The notes under the pieces: generated by a model | The model's input: the letters and a program-made list of their open reading frames with translations, nothing else | The model's database searches: none | Told to the model about the DNA's origin: nothing | Shown: in pieces, positions 28,780 to 40,728 of the stretch | Layout of the letters: the number at the start of each line of letters is the position of its first letter | Position numbering within the stretch: position 1 is the stretch's first letter | Translations under genes and position numbers: made by a program | From: a virus | Lineage: Duplodnaviria > Caudoviricetes | DNA: 63,741 nt | IMG/VR virus record: IMGVR_UViG_3300025131_000033 | Location: 1 to 63,741 of that record | Direction: 5' to 3' (one strand)

Positions 28780-31700
28780 TTAATTATCTGTCTGTATGAG
28801 TGTGTAATTATTAAAACTACTTTGTTTCGCAAATACCATTACTTGGGGATGTAATCTATAATTTAATCTACTTCCTCCACTTACTCCTAAATCACTCTTC
28901 TCAAGACTAGCATTTACATTAGGACCACTCTGCCAGTCCCTACCAGCCAAGTTCGTTGCATATAATCCAGTCCCACTACCACTTAAACCTTTAAAGAATT
29001 TTAACGTATCTCGTAATTGGTCCTTATCATAATCTAGTCTATCTTCGGTTACAAAAGGTCTTAAAGGAGTTCCTAGAGTAGGAACGCCTGTACCTGTTCG
29101 TATTCCTGCGTTATCTCTTTGTGTAGAATCTTCTAAAGAAATCGTGTCAATTAACATATACTTTTCAGGAACAGCGGGGGTCATAAAAAAGATTTCCACA
29201 ATATAATTTGTATCGTCTCTATGTACTTCATCTCTTAACTTATAAAATCTGTCAGGGATTGGAATTATGTCCTGATGTTCGTAATTATTATAGATTGTAT
29301 AATTTCGCGTATCAAAATTTAATTCGAATGTATCAAAATATTCATCACGTATATTATTTAGAGTGACATTGTTCACTACATCTACAGACTCAGTAGTATT
29401 GAAAAGACAAAATGTTTCAGTTCCTGGTGGTGTTTGTTTGGGAGGAAATCCAAAGAGATGAGAATAAGATATCACATCGCTCTTAGCTGTTTTATAACTG
29501 TCCTGCATCTCCCACTTACCTTTAGAAGTCCATGACCACATATAACCACTTCCAGTTAGTGGATCAAAAATAGGTTGAGTATGAATCCATACTCCCATTT
29601 GACCTCCTCCCATCTGAGGAGAATTTTCTTCGGCTATTAAGGCTTTAATTTTGAGCTTAAATTTATGATTTTTTATAAAATAATTTCTTCTCTTTCCATA
29701 AGAAGATAAATCAAATCTTATGCGAGGCAATCCTGCTGCGGTTTTACACTTAATGACAGGATTCCCAATTAAATAATTTTCTTCTTCTTGTTTTTTATAC
29801 ACCTTATCAATGTTAAATATATAGAAAGCATTTCCTATAGGACTCCCAGAAGTATTACAAAATTCTACACCACTTAATATATGCGGATTTCTAAACTCAC
29901 CATTATATGGTGCTCCTGAAACAAACTCGTATCCCGATAAGGGGACTACACAATCTTCTGCACCACTTGCTATATAAGTTCCCGAAGCAGGAACATTATC
30001 AATGCCTACAACATAACTCGCCACAGCGTACTTACTAAATACGCCAGAGGGGCTACTATCAATAGCACGCCCTGTATCAACACTAGAAGCAATATAGTCT
30101 ACCCCTGACGCTACAACAGCCGATCCTTCTACAGAGAAATCACAATTATATAAACCCTTCCCAAAAACCTGAGCAAAGATATTTCCCCCTGTTTCATCAA
30201 CTTCCCTAGCTCCTAAGGGATTAAGGAAATACTTATTATAATCTTTATTTAAATCTTGTACTCCCCTTCCAAATGCAAAGTTTCTATAATCATCAAAAGA
30301 GTTTAAGACTAACCCACTAGCAATAGCACTATTCATATAACTCTGGTGTTCATTCTTCCAATAAGAATTAGGAGTAGTACTAGCGTCTAAATCCGCGTAA
30401 AAACTCGCTTTCTTATCAAAAAATTTGTGCATTGTAATATAAATAGGAGGAATTTGTCCTCTATCAACATACCTAGCTGTAGATGCTGAAAATTCATCCC
30501 ACTTTGCATTAGATCCCAAAGCACTTAACCCTCTGTATGGGAAAGTAGTATTAGTAATTACCCCAGAAAAAGCTCTAGTAGAATTTAAATCTTCACAAGC
30601 ATGCCACACTCCAGAAGGATTAATAGGATCAACAATAGGAAAGAATTTTCCGGCTGAGGGGACATATCCTAGAGTATTTTCTCCCATACCAGAAGCGAGA
30701 GTGGGCGTTCCAGGGGCCTCCTCACCGCCTGCCGCTGGCTTACCAAACATAGAATACTCAATTGTAGAAGGATCCCAACTATGGGGAGAGTTAAAACCAG
30801 TTCTATCATAATAACCTTCAGTGGGAAGGGTATACCTAAAGTTTCTCCTGCGTATTGCTCTACGCCCAGTTGCACCAGTAGAAAGATAACTTAGACCATT
30901 TAATAGCGGGTCAGTTGTTAAATTATCAACATCCGTTCGTTGAAAAGTATTTAATCCTCCTCTTCCATCCTTTGTTCCTGGGGCTTGTCCACCCATATCT
31001 AACCCACTAAATTCAAAGCCAGCTAAAACAGATCCACTTCCATAACTAACAAAATTATCATCTTTATCCAGAGATAAGTATGACCATCTAGTAGAAGATA
31101 TATCATAGGGATCTAATGCACTTGCATTCAGATTAGTTTTAACTATAGAGTGCCCAGGGGAATAAGTTTTTGCTACTCTAGATGCGTTATATAACGCATA
31201 CTTAGAATCTCCTTCATATGTTGTTTTAGCAAAATCAAAATCTGTATTATCAAAATCTAAAAATAAATGTGAAGACTTACCATTCCATAATCCTAATAAA
31301 TTATTTTGGTATTCTGAAATCCTTCCTACCACATCATTGTAATTAGGGGGAGTTTGAACTGAACTAAAAAACATTAGGAAATCATTTAGACTTCCTAGAT
31401 TAGTATCATCAGTAATTCCTTTATCCAAAATAAAAGATTCTACTGAGCTTGCAAAGCTGGGTGGCACTCCAAAGCACTCTAACCGTTCTCTTAAAACAGA
31501 AACCAACCCTGGATTTAAAGAACAATCTTTATAATATTTGATCTCTTCAAACGGTGGGATAGGATAATTTACATGATTTCTGTAATTAAAGAAGAAAGTT
31601 AAATCTCCTGTAGCAGAGAGATAAAGATGTGTAGCCCCAGGCGCAGGATCGGGATGAGCCTCTTCTGCCATATAAACCCCATACCCTAATGGTCCGTCGC

Positions 31701-33321
31701 TGTGAGAAGCTTCCCATGCAGCTATCTGACCCCTCTCCAAGGCCTGCCTTTTAAATACCTCATACCCTCCATCCTGAGGTCTATGAACATGAAAGGGTTT
31801 CATTCCAGGCTCATTAGTAATTGTATATAATTTTGTTATGTCTCCAAAATCATCGAGTTCGTATAGTTTACTAGTAGGCCAGGGCTCTCCTGCTATTAAA
31901 AAGTAAGATGGAAATTTTTTATATAAATCTAATAAGATTGAATCTGTTACTAATTTTAAATTTCCCTCTAAACTACTTGTATTATATAGAAATACTCCCG
32001 CCTCTACAGCTAACCCAGGTGTCCAAGTGGTCAAATCCCTAAAATAAGGAGATTCAGTAGCTAAACTGTACCAAATTAAATGAGGAATATAAGATTCCCA
32101 TAACTCTTGTACTCTTCCCGAAACATCCAAGACCGAATCAACAATTAAATGATCAACGGCAAACTGTATAGCGTTTAAAGTTCCCTTTTTCTTTTGAAGA
32201 TTTACAGCTTCACGTAATTGCTGTCTCCATTTAAAAGCAGACCCACCCCATAGCTTGAAACCTATTAACTCTGCTAAATATTGTAAGTGCTCACTTTCAG
32301 CATTTTCTATATCATATATAAGACCTACTTTTTCTACCTGATCTGTTACATCAGCCATACTGAACCCAAGTCCAGTCAAAAATTTCCTTAAAGGTCCTTT
32401 AGATACAAAATCTACTAATTCCGTAGACGCTCCAATGTAACTATCAAAAGCATCCTTAACTGTAAAATCCTGCTGATCAATATATAAGGGAGAATAAATT
32501 ACATCTATTAAAGTTAGTAAATTTTCTAGCTTTTGAGTTCCACTTGTATAAGTAGCTGGGATGCCTCCTGCACTTGGGGAGTACACAGCATCCGTCGCCC
32601 CCGAAACATAAGTATCATCTATTAATCCTAAATTAGAAAATACAGTACAGGTAGCATAATTTCTCCATATAAAATTTTCGAATCCTTTAATTCCATCAAC
32701 TGTCTCAAGCTCGTTTCCCAAGTACAACGAATTTAAGGAACTTAATACGTATCCCGATGGTTCCCAATTGAGGCCACCGCCCGCAGAGGTATTAAGAAAA
32801 TAAAACCATCCTAATTTATCTATAAGATAATTATGAATACTACTTCCATCTGTACTTCCTGTAAGCCCAGACAAATATGCTATGTTATCTCCTACTCCTC
32901 CCCCCTGAGATCCAGTAGTTAGTGTAATTGCAGGTAAGAAAGTCCCTGATAGAAAATTATTAAAATCTGTACTCGTATCATAATGAGCTAGAGTAGTATT
33001 AAGAGGAACAAGTATTTGAGAATCAAAAGAATAAGGAGTAACTTTTGTTAGTTCATTTTGTTTTACAAAATAGGGAGATATTCCACTGATGTTATCTATA
33101 GAAGAAGTTGACGAATTTGGTACGGCTGAAATGGAGAGTACCTGCGAGATGTTATTAGCAGCCCGTAAATTAGTATTAATAATACGGGAAAGGGGATTTA
33201 ATTCTTGTCCACTTAAAGTTAGATCTTCTTCCAAATATAATTCAGGAATTACTGTTTCAAGTAAATCACCAAAATTACGCTTGGCATAAGTTCTAGGATT
33301 AGGTGTAAATTTATTACTCAT
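28780..33321 (-). CDS. large baseplate wedge protein (T4 gp7/P2 gpI-like domain)
   Basis: DIENAESEHLQYLAELIGF...WRQQLREAVNLQKKKGTLNAI; follows gp6. Confidence 0.7.
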   Translation of the reverse strand: MSNKFTPNPRTYAKRNFGDLLETVIPELYLEEDLTLSGQELNPLSRIINTNLRAANNISQVLSISAVPNSSTSSIDNISGISPYFVKQNELTKVTPYSFDSQILVPLNTTLAHYDTSTDFNNFLSGTFLPAITLTTGSQGGGVGDNIAYLSGLTGSTDGSSIHNYLIDKLGWFYFLNTSAGGGLNWEPSGYVLSSLNSLYLGNELETVDGIKGFENFIWRNYATCTVFSNLGLIDDTYVSGATDAVYSPSAGGIPATYTSGTQKLENLLTLIDVIYSPLYIDQQDFTVKDAFDSYIGASTELVDFVSKGPLRKFLTGLGFSMADVTDQVEKVGLIYDIENAESEHLQYLAELIGFKLWGGSAFKWRQQLREAVNLQKKKGTLNAIQFAVDHLIVDSVLDVSGRVQELWESYIPHLIWYSLATESPYFRDLTTWTPGLAVEAGVFLYNTSSLEGNLKLVTDSILLDLYKKFPSYFLIAGEPWPTSKLYELDDFGDITKLYTITNEPGMKPFHVHRPQDGGYEVFKRQALERGQIAAWEASHSDGPLGYGVYMAEEAHPDPAPGATHLYLSATGDLTFFFNYRNHVNYPIPPFEEIKYYKDCSLNPGLVSVLRERLECFGVPPSFASSVESFILDKGITDDTNLGSLNDFLMFFSSVQTPPNYNDVVGRISEYQNNLLGLWNGKSSHLFLDFDNTDFDFAKTTYEGDSKYALYNASRVAKTYSPGHSIVKTNLNASALDPYDISSTRWSYLSLDKDDNFVSYGSGSVLAGFEFSGLDMGGQAPGTKDGRGGLNTFQRTDVDNLTTDPLLNGLSYLSTGATGRRAIRRRNFRYTLPTEGYYDRTGFNSPHSWDPSTIEYSMFGKPAAGGEEAPGTPTLASGMGENTLGYVPSAGKFFPIVDPINPSGVWHACEDLNSTRAFSGVITNTTFPYRGLSALGSNAKWDEFSASTARYVDRGQIPPIYITMHKFFDKKASFYADLDASTTPNSYWKNEHQSYMNSAIASGLVLNSFDDYRNFAFGRGVQDLNKDYNKYFLNPLGAREVDETGGNIFAQVFGKGLYNCDFSVEGSAVVASGVDYIASSVDTGRAIDSSPSGVFSKYAVASYVVGIDNVPASGTYIASGAEDCVVPLSGYEFVSGAPYNGEFRNPHILSGVEFCNTSGSPIGNAFYIFNIDKVYKKQEEENYLIGNPVIKCKTAAGLPRIRFDLSSYGKRRNYFIKNHKFKLKIKALIAEENSPQMGGGQMGVWIHTQPIFDPLTGSGYMWSWTSKGKWEMQDSYKTAKSDVISYSHLFGFPPKQTPPGTETFCLFNTTESVDVVNNVTLNNIRDEYFDTFELNFDTRNYTIYNNYEHQDIIPIPDRFYKLRDEVHRDDTNYIVEIFFMTPAVPEKYMLIDTISLEDSTQRDNAGIRTGTGVPTLGTPLRPFVTEDRLDYDKDQLRDTLKFFKGLSGSGTGLYATNLAGRDWQSGPNVNASLEKSDLGVSGGSRLNYRLHPQVMVFAKQSSFNNYTLIQTDN

Positions 33322-34925
33322 CAGTCTAGTAAACTAATATTCAATGTAAGATTATTTAATTGTATTATTTCATTAAAATCTACTGAAATATCAGTATTAA
33401 AATTATCTACAGTAGAGAATCTAATAGCATCAATTTCAAAAATACGTCTATTCAATTCAGTAACATATAAGGTTTGTCCAAAACTCATATTTTCTACATT
33501 CATATAAGTAAGAATTTTATCCCTAGCTCTAGCTGCTATTGCATCTTGTCGAGCTTCGTCTTTCTTATCAATATAAATAGTTACTATAAGATCTAAAGTT
33601 CTAATTAAACCATCTACAATTACAATCTCATCCGTTGCCATCTTCTTTTTATTAATAGATGTTAGCAGTTGAGTTTTGAAGGTAGGGGTAGCTTTCTGGA
33701 GTTGTACATCAGAGGCTTTTTCTAGTACATAAATATCAATAACATTAGCTGAACTATAAGCTTTTCTAGTGGTAGCGACAGCTTTTCCTATAGTACCAAA
33801 AGTACTAATAAACGTATTTGCAAAAACCATATAATCTTCTAAAGTTACAAGTCTATCCTGTCTCGCAAAAGTAAGGGGAGCCCATTTTTTAGCATGCTCT
33901 ACTGTTTCAGCATTCGCCCCTCCTGTAGCTATGGAAGTATTTGTGATAGCTCCTGGTCTAGCTACTCCATTAGTTGTAGCTATTGTAGTTGCATTTATTG
34001 CAAATGGATTTACGTTCCCTCTAGACCCTCCTCCCACTCTATATGTGACAAAATATGACGCAGTATCATCAGGAGAAATTCCTACTGTCCCATCCCCAAA
34101 TACAACTGTAGCGTTATAATTAGTTCCCTCTATTAGTTGGAATATCCTATCGGAACCTCCCGAAGCGAAATAAAGATTATCTACTTCAGTATAAACTCCC
34201 GAAACACTTGAATCAGGAGACGTAACAAAAACTTCTACACTTCCTTCAATGACAGGAGCTTGAGTTAGTGGAATTGTTTTAACTCCTTCCGTACTCCCAA
34301 AACCTCCTGAATCTGTAACTAAAACTCCCTCTTGAAATACTAAATTACTGTAAACAGTTTCTACTTCAGGATTGTCACTCTCTGTATTATACAAAAGAAT
34401 ATTTCCTGTAGGATTTGCTTTATCCACCAACCCATTTACTACCTTATATAGAGTATACGTCACAGAACCCCCATCCTCAGGAGAAGTAATACTTACAGTT
34501 CTAGCCGTAGGAGGAAGAGTATAATAAGCCTGTCCTCCTATATCAGCAGGGGGATCAGTAAAAATTATTTGTGCGTTGGCTGCGGCTGATAGAGGCCCGC
34601 GCATTCGCACCCCCACTAATTGAAGTAATTTTTTTATACTAGACCGCTGTTGTGCCGTAGCAAAAAAGTTTTCGTTAGCTAACATATCTGCTTTCATGGA
34701 CATTACAGATCCCATATAAGCGACTAATTCAATAAATACCATTCCTAAATCAGATTCTACAAAATAAGTATACTCTAAAGGATATACAGCTTTTATATAT
34801 TTAATTAACGAATTTCTTAGAGAAAGATAATCCGTAGCCGCGAAATCAATAAGAGATGGCCTCTTCCCTATAGGGAGATGGGCAAGATTCATAAAATCCG
34901 ACGCTATTGTTCCAGAAAAACTCAT
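33321..34925 (-). CDS. g6: baseplate wedge protein (gp6/J-like)
   Basis: ESDLGMVFIELVAY, FGDGTVG, YRVGGGSRGN, ATGGANAET, QDRLVTLEDY. Confidence 0.9.
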   Translation of the reverse strand: MSFSGTIASDFMNLAHLPIGKRPSLIDFAATDYLSLRNSLIKYIKAVYPLEYTYFVESDLGMVFIELVAYMGSVMSMKADMLANENFFATAQQRSSIKKLLQLVGVRMRGPLSAAANAQIIFTDPPADIGGQAYYTLPPTARTVSITSPEDGGSVTYTLYKVVNGLVDKANPTGNILLYNTESDNPEVETVYSNLVFQEGVLVTDSGGFGSTEGVKTIPLTQAPVIEGSVEVFVTSPDSSVSGVYTEVDNLYFASGGSDRIFQLIEGTNYNATVVFGDGTVGISPDDTASYFVTYRVGGGSRGNVNPFAINATTIATTNGVARPGAITNTSIATGGANAETVEHAKKWAPLTFARQDRLVTLEDYMVFANTFISTFGTIGKAVATTRKAYSSANVIDIYVLEKASDVQLQKATPTFKTQLLTSINKKKMATDEIVIVDGLIRTLDLIVTIYIDKKDEARQDAIAARARDKILTYMNVENMSFGQTLYVTELNRRIFEIDAIRFSTVDNFNTDISVDFNEIIQLNNLTLNISLLD

Positions 34926-35389
34926 TTAATTAATACCTCTACATCAAATACAGCCAAATCTTCCTCAATAAGTTGAAGAACTAGTGTAACTTTTAAGGAG
35001 TTCCCCCCCGCAGGGCCTACCTCCCCGAAAGGAACTACAGACAATTTTACTATTCTAGCTCCTATAATATATCTACCAAAGGAGTATAAAATTTCTCTTT
35101 TAATAGATTCGAAGGTTGATTCCGTTAGAGGCTCAAACAAATACTTGCGTAAATTACAACCAAAACGAGGAAGCATAAGACGTTCCCCTTTTTGAGTTCC
35201 TAATAATTGCCTAACTGAATCTCTAATAAGATTTCTTCCACTCTCTCTTTTTAGAAAACCCCCCGTATCTCTTCTTTTTCCAAAAGGAAAAGTAAGTCCA
35301 TAAGTTACCCTTTGGAGTTCAGCCGTATTCCTATCTAAAGGTGGAAAATATGTAGTTCCATAAGTCGTTACAGTTTTATTTATTCCCAT
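34922..35389 (-). CDS. g25: baseplate sheath initiator (gp25-like)
   Basis: LLGTQKGERLMLPRFGCNLRKYLFEP. Confidence 0.9.
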   Translation of the reverse strand: MGINKTVTTYGTTYFPPLDRNTAELQRVTYGLTFPFGKRRDTGGFLKRESGRNLIRDSVRQLLGTQKGERLMLPRFGCNLRKYLFEPLTESTFESIKREILYSFGRYIIGARIVKLSVVPFGEVGPAGGNSLKVTLVLQLIEEDLAVFDVEVLIK

Positions 35390-35401
35390 AGATAAACTCC
35401 C

Positions 35402-38400
35402 TTAAGAGAAGGGTTCCTTTCTTTGGTCTAGGTAATTATTAAGAGAATTTAAGAGTGCATAATATACCCTGGCTAACATCCAGTCTGCATTCCCCTGATC
35501 CCCTTGATCGGCCTCATTTAATAACCATGCTAAGGGATCTAATGTATCAGCCTGACCACCAAGTTTTGCTGGCATAAGTAAATCATGTAATTCATACGAA
35601 TCATAATCTGTACCATCAGCATTTTTTATATGGTACACTTCATCCAATCCTGAACCTTCCTGATCCACATACCCGCTAGTAGGTCTTATTAACTTCCAAA
35701 CACCACCGCTTGCATTAGGTAGACTGCTGTAAACCGCTGTCGTATCAGCCCCAGAGGTTTGATAATGTCCCCATTTATAAGGGCTGGCGCTTATACTTAA
35801 TCCCCGTCTTCTCTCCCAAGGTTGCGTAGGATTACCACTCATACTACTATCGTTAATCAGGTCATTATCTACATCAGTAGTAACTAACGCACCAGTCGAA
35901 CCTGCGGGGGATGAGTCATACTTAGCTTTCTTCCCTGTAAAGGTTCCTTGAGTTGCCGATGTTATTACCCCATCAACATCAAAATCAGTAGCTGCTGATG
36001 CAGTAGAATTACCCATCGTCTTAAATACTTCAGCAAATGAGTAGTTCCTGTTATTAGTAGGAGCACCACTTAAAACAGGTAAGAAAGAATGTCCCTCAAA
36101 TCTCTGCGGTAAAGGTCCAGTTAAAGGAACATTTTCTTTAGTGATTCCAGCAATTTGTGCTATAGTAGCATACATATCAACAGCATCTACAAAAACATCA
36201 GTAGTTCTATTTCTTTCTGTAATGAATGAAGCACTTACAATAAGAGGAACTCTGGTCCCTCTTTCATAAACTGAATCCTTCATTCCTCTAGCCTTGTCTA
36301 GATCTCCCCCCTTTCTATTAGGCAAATATGTTTCTCCTTGACCCTGAAGCCACTTCGTATATACAGGGCCTAACCCACTATTATCCGCGTCATTAGTGCC
36401 CATGCCGCCACCCCCATTATAGAATCTGAGAGCACTAGCGTAGACATTCATAGTGTCCATGTTATTATAATCAGACCCGTTATCTCCCATAAAGATGAAA
36501 ACAGTTCTACTTTTCTTTGTTTCATCAATAGAGGAAAGGAAAGAACTTAACATCCAGTCCATATCTTCCACCTGAGCCATTTGGTTCACCCAAGCTGCAC
36601 TAGCATTAACACCCGCTTCGTCCTCCTCTGTTATTGTAGCTGGCGTGACCCTTGACTCCTGATAGTAACGATCATAATTTCCTTGAATACTATTCGAGGA
36701 AAAGAAAAGATCATTGTTATAAACCATAGCACTAGGAGGATACGTATTCGGTTGATGTGCAGCGTTTAAGGGTAAATATAAAAAGAAAGGTTCTTTTAGG
36801 TGGTTGTATGTATCAACTGCTTCAGCTATAGTTTTATGAGTTGCGTAAGAGGAAAAATCTCCTTGATTGTATGCTATCCTATCCTCTGGAGAAGTCCCAC
36901 CCCCTGCTGCGTCGGTTCCTGAAAGAGATTGATCAAATGAAGTGTATCCATAATCAGAAACAGTTAGAACTGTTCCATTCTTATTCATATAATAATTTAT
37001 ATACCCCATTTTTTCATCATGAACGCCTTGTCCTGTTTCCCAATACGCAGCCCCATCCTTAGTTGTAAGATCATTATGTCCTGGCATTGGAGGTTTATTC
37101 AAATTCCAGAACATGGCTCGATAATCATCCCACTTCCCTACTGCTGATATATGATCCCAGCCTGTGCCAGAAGCTGATTGAGGTGTAGGATAATCACCAT
37201 TATACTCATAGTAGGAACCTAATTGATCCCACTCAGCTAAATGCCATTTTCCAACCATCCCACTTCTGTAACCTTTTGATCTTAATAACTCAGGTAAAAT
37301 CTTAAAGTTAACTCCTGAAGTCCAAACAGACTCTCTGCCATCAGCGGAACGAACAATTTGAGATAAAGGCTTCACCCCACCACTAAACCTTTTGATCTTA
37401 ATAACTCAGGTAAAATCTTAAAGTTAACTCCTGAAGTCCAAACAGACTCTCTGCCATCAGCGGAACGAACAATTTGAGATAAAGGCTTCACCCCACCACT
37501 AGCATCATACAATATGTACTCATTCCCTAATCCTTGAAGACCTCCCCATAACTTTTCAGACTTAGTAGTTCCTACAGTACCCATACCATGTCCCCAATAT
37601 CCCGACACTTGATCGGATATCTTGAAATTAGGACTACTAAAAGCCTGCTTACCTGTTAAAATAGATGCTCTAGTAGGTGTGCATAGTGGTGTAGCGTGAG
37701 CATTCATAAATGTCACCCCGTTTACAGCTAAACCACTCAAAGTAGGAGTATGGGGGTAAAGATTTATTCCATCAGTTTCATGCCCTGGATCTAAATTACT
37801 GAAAGGAGATGATACACTTTCAGCAACACCAAGATCATATGGATTTTGAGAGTGATACATACTTAAATTATCTATTCCTATATCATCAACTAAGATTAAT
37901 ACAACATTAAATCCTTCTCCTGTTAGATAATTAAATTCATGTAACTTTAGATCAATATTTTTAAAGTAACCTCTTTGAGCCTCATGGTTATTTCGCACCT
38001 CAAAATCATTAATAGGTTTTCCATAAAACTTGAGACTTCCTAAATGCCCCTTAAATCCACTTTGGAGCCCTCCTCTGTCTCCTCCCATAAAATTACCATA
38101 TTGATACATACCATCAGTATAGCCACCCCCAACTATCCAAGGAGTATAGAATGGGTTTAAACGGGGTCCTTCCTGGAGTGTAGACGGACCATCTACTGTA
38201 GTTGAAGAATATTCAAAACTATTGTCCTTCTTAAAAGAAGGTAAATTTGGAGTTGTAAAGGCATCTACACCAAATACAGCGTCAATACCAGACGTAGTTA
38301 CTAAAGATCCGTCTACATAGAATCTTATTTCATTTGTAGTAGGATTTAGGGTGACATCTACCAAAATAAAGTTAGAAGAAACATTTCCAAAGGCTGTATC

Positions 38401-40725
38401 TACTAAATCTACCTTCATTTTATAGAAAGTAGCTACATTTTCGCACACATCCTTATTAATCCATGAACAAGACGAAAAATCCCGTGATTGCGTAGGAGCT
38501 ATAAAGAAACTTAATGACGATGCGGGGTCATTTTGTTCATTATTATTACTATAACCTGTATTTTCTTGTGAAGATGCTGGGTCATTTTGTTCATTATTAT
38601 TACTATAACCTGTATTTTCTTGTGTAATACGCCTATCCCGTGTAAATCCCATTACCATCCCACGAACAAATTGATCTCCTCGATCATTTTCTAGATGATC
38701 GAGGTCTCTAGGTACTCCTTGATGATCTAACGCCGATGCTCCTTCTTTCGCTCCCACATTTTCACACCCTAAAATTACTTTTGTTAAGGAAGAAGCAGTT
38801 GCACTGGCCCATCCATCCCCTGCATTTGTAATATCTGGAGCATATGCCCAAAATTCAATGGAAAATCCACTAGGATTATATGTTAAATCTCGGAATTCAG
38901 AAGTATCAGGCAATCTACTAAAGGATCCCATAGCCGACGCGCCTATATTGTTAGTTGATTTATTCTTAGTAATCCCCTCAAAATAAGGAATAGAGAGTCC
39001 ATATGGGAATACACTAGGTCTATTTGTCCCTAATAATTTAGCATTATTGTACTGATCTGTAGTAGCACAGTTAGTTATGAAATAATCAGTAGAAGAAGGA
39101 GTTACTAGCTTAGTTTCTAAGAAATTATAAATAGCAAAAAGATTTTCAGTAGCTATTTGATCAGTTAAAGAGAGAATTGTTCCATCCTGAGTCCCTGAAG
39201 CACTATAAATAATACTGCCTTTCCCTACTTTAGGAACATGGAGATGCCGAAAACCTATAGAAGCGGGTTTAGGAGGAGCTTGAACGAATGTTGTCTGAAT
39301 AGGAAGTACCATCCCTGTTACTTCTCCTTGCTCAAAGACTAATGCCTTTTGTTTCTCTAAATCTACGGTTAAATTATATTCTTCTAAGTAGGCAAAGTCA
39401 TTGATTGGCACCTTTCCCATAGCAAAAGGAGGGGATGTACCTGACGGTCCATATATTTGAGGAGCTTTATAAGCTATTTCTATCTGTTTTTTCCTTCTAT
39501 TAATCTTACTATTATGATTAGCTATTTCAGATATTATCTGTTGCCTCTGATTTTGGACAATTGATGAGTCATCTCCGTATTGAACAATATAATCCTGTAA
39601 ACTTCCAGATAGATCATAAATATGCTTATCCCTTTGTCCTAGTAGGACATTTAAAAAGTGATCTTTATCATAATTAGCTTGCATACCTAAACTATCGTCA
39701 ATTCTAAAAACATCAAATATATTTTCAGTGAATTTATTAAGAGATTTTATGGAAACTGCGTCCCCTTTTCCCCCTAAGTTGGGATCATAATTATAAGTCC
39801 ACGCATCTCCAACGGGAACTATCCCCGAAATAGCTAGAATAATAGGATCAAGTCCTCCCGTTTGAGAATCGTAGTAAAGACCGTCTGATGTGAGAATATA
39901 TTGCCCAGTAGTAGCAACAGGAGGTCCATAAACTAATCTAAATACATCTCCTTCGGCATCCTCTATTTCCTCGTCTTCTTCTAACCCAGGGTCAGGAACG
40001 GCACATCTCGGAAGATTTGTTCCTGAGAAAATCCAATCAAATTCAGGAGAATCTGAGAAACAAGGCTCTAACTCTGGATTAGCTTGTCTCTCCTGAAAAA
40101 CTCTATTAATCTTCGCAATCATATCATTACAATTATTAATGAATTCTGATGCATTGTCAATTCGTGCCTTAGCCCCAGCATTCATAGTAGTTATGAGGGC
40201 ATCTTGTTCGTCAGGAGATAAGGAAGCATTCATAGTACTCGAATTTCCACTATTAAAAGATTCAAGATCCTTAAGTTTATTAAAACAATCAATTATACTA
40301 TTTACCTGATTGCTAATATTTTCATAATTTGCATACAAAGTGGCCGCCCCTGCTGATATAGCACCAAACCCTGCGGCAAGAGCGTTTATTTCACCCAAAA
40401 TACTTAGATTATCATTATCCATCCCCAAATAACCATCATTTACTTTGAATTGAAATAAACCTGTATCAGTATTAAATTCAATAAGTCCATTATCTGCTAA
40501 TTCTGTTTTTACCCATTTTGAAATATCAGACATTGCATTTGCTTTTCCTTGAAGGAAAGAGTCCTGTATACTTCCTAATACACCCCCAGGCAACAAACTA
40601 AGAGCATCTTGAGCTAAACTAAACAAACAAGTAGGAAGTCCCCATGACATTCCTATAGATTGAAATAAGCCTGCACCTCCTATTTGCTGTATTCTTAAAT
40701 ATGAAGTAAGATCAAAAGCACCCAT
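35402..40725 (-). CDS. baseplate-cluster protein: N-terminal structural region + LamG-like domain + C-terminal sulfatase; split by a 116-bp duplication, 1735 aa once one copy is removed
   Basis: LamG: FSIEFW...IRFYVDG...FKGHLGSLKFY; sulfatase: NVVLILVDDIG, CTPTRASILTGK, GKWHL, PFFLYL..AAH.P, GDNG, KDSVYERGTRVPLIV. Confidence 0.85.
37270..37501. repeat. exact 116-bp tandem duplication inside sulfatase domain
   Basis: Copies at 37270-37385 and 37386-37501. Confidence 0.95.
38515..38622. repeat. 54-bp in-frame tandem duplication (QENTGYSNNNEQNDPASS x2), 2 synonymous differences
   Basis: Direct inspection. Confidence 0.9.
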
Positions 40726-40728
40726 TTT

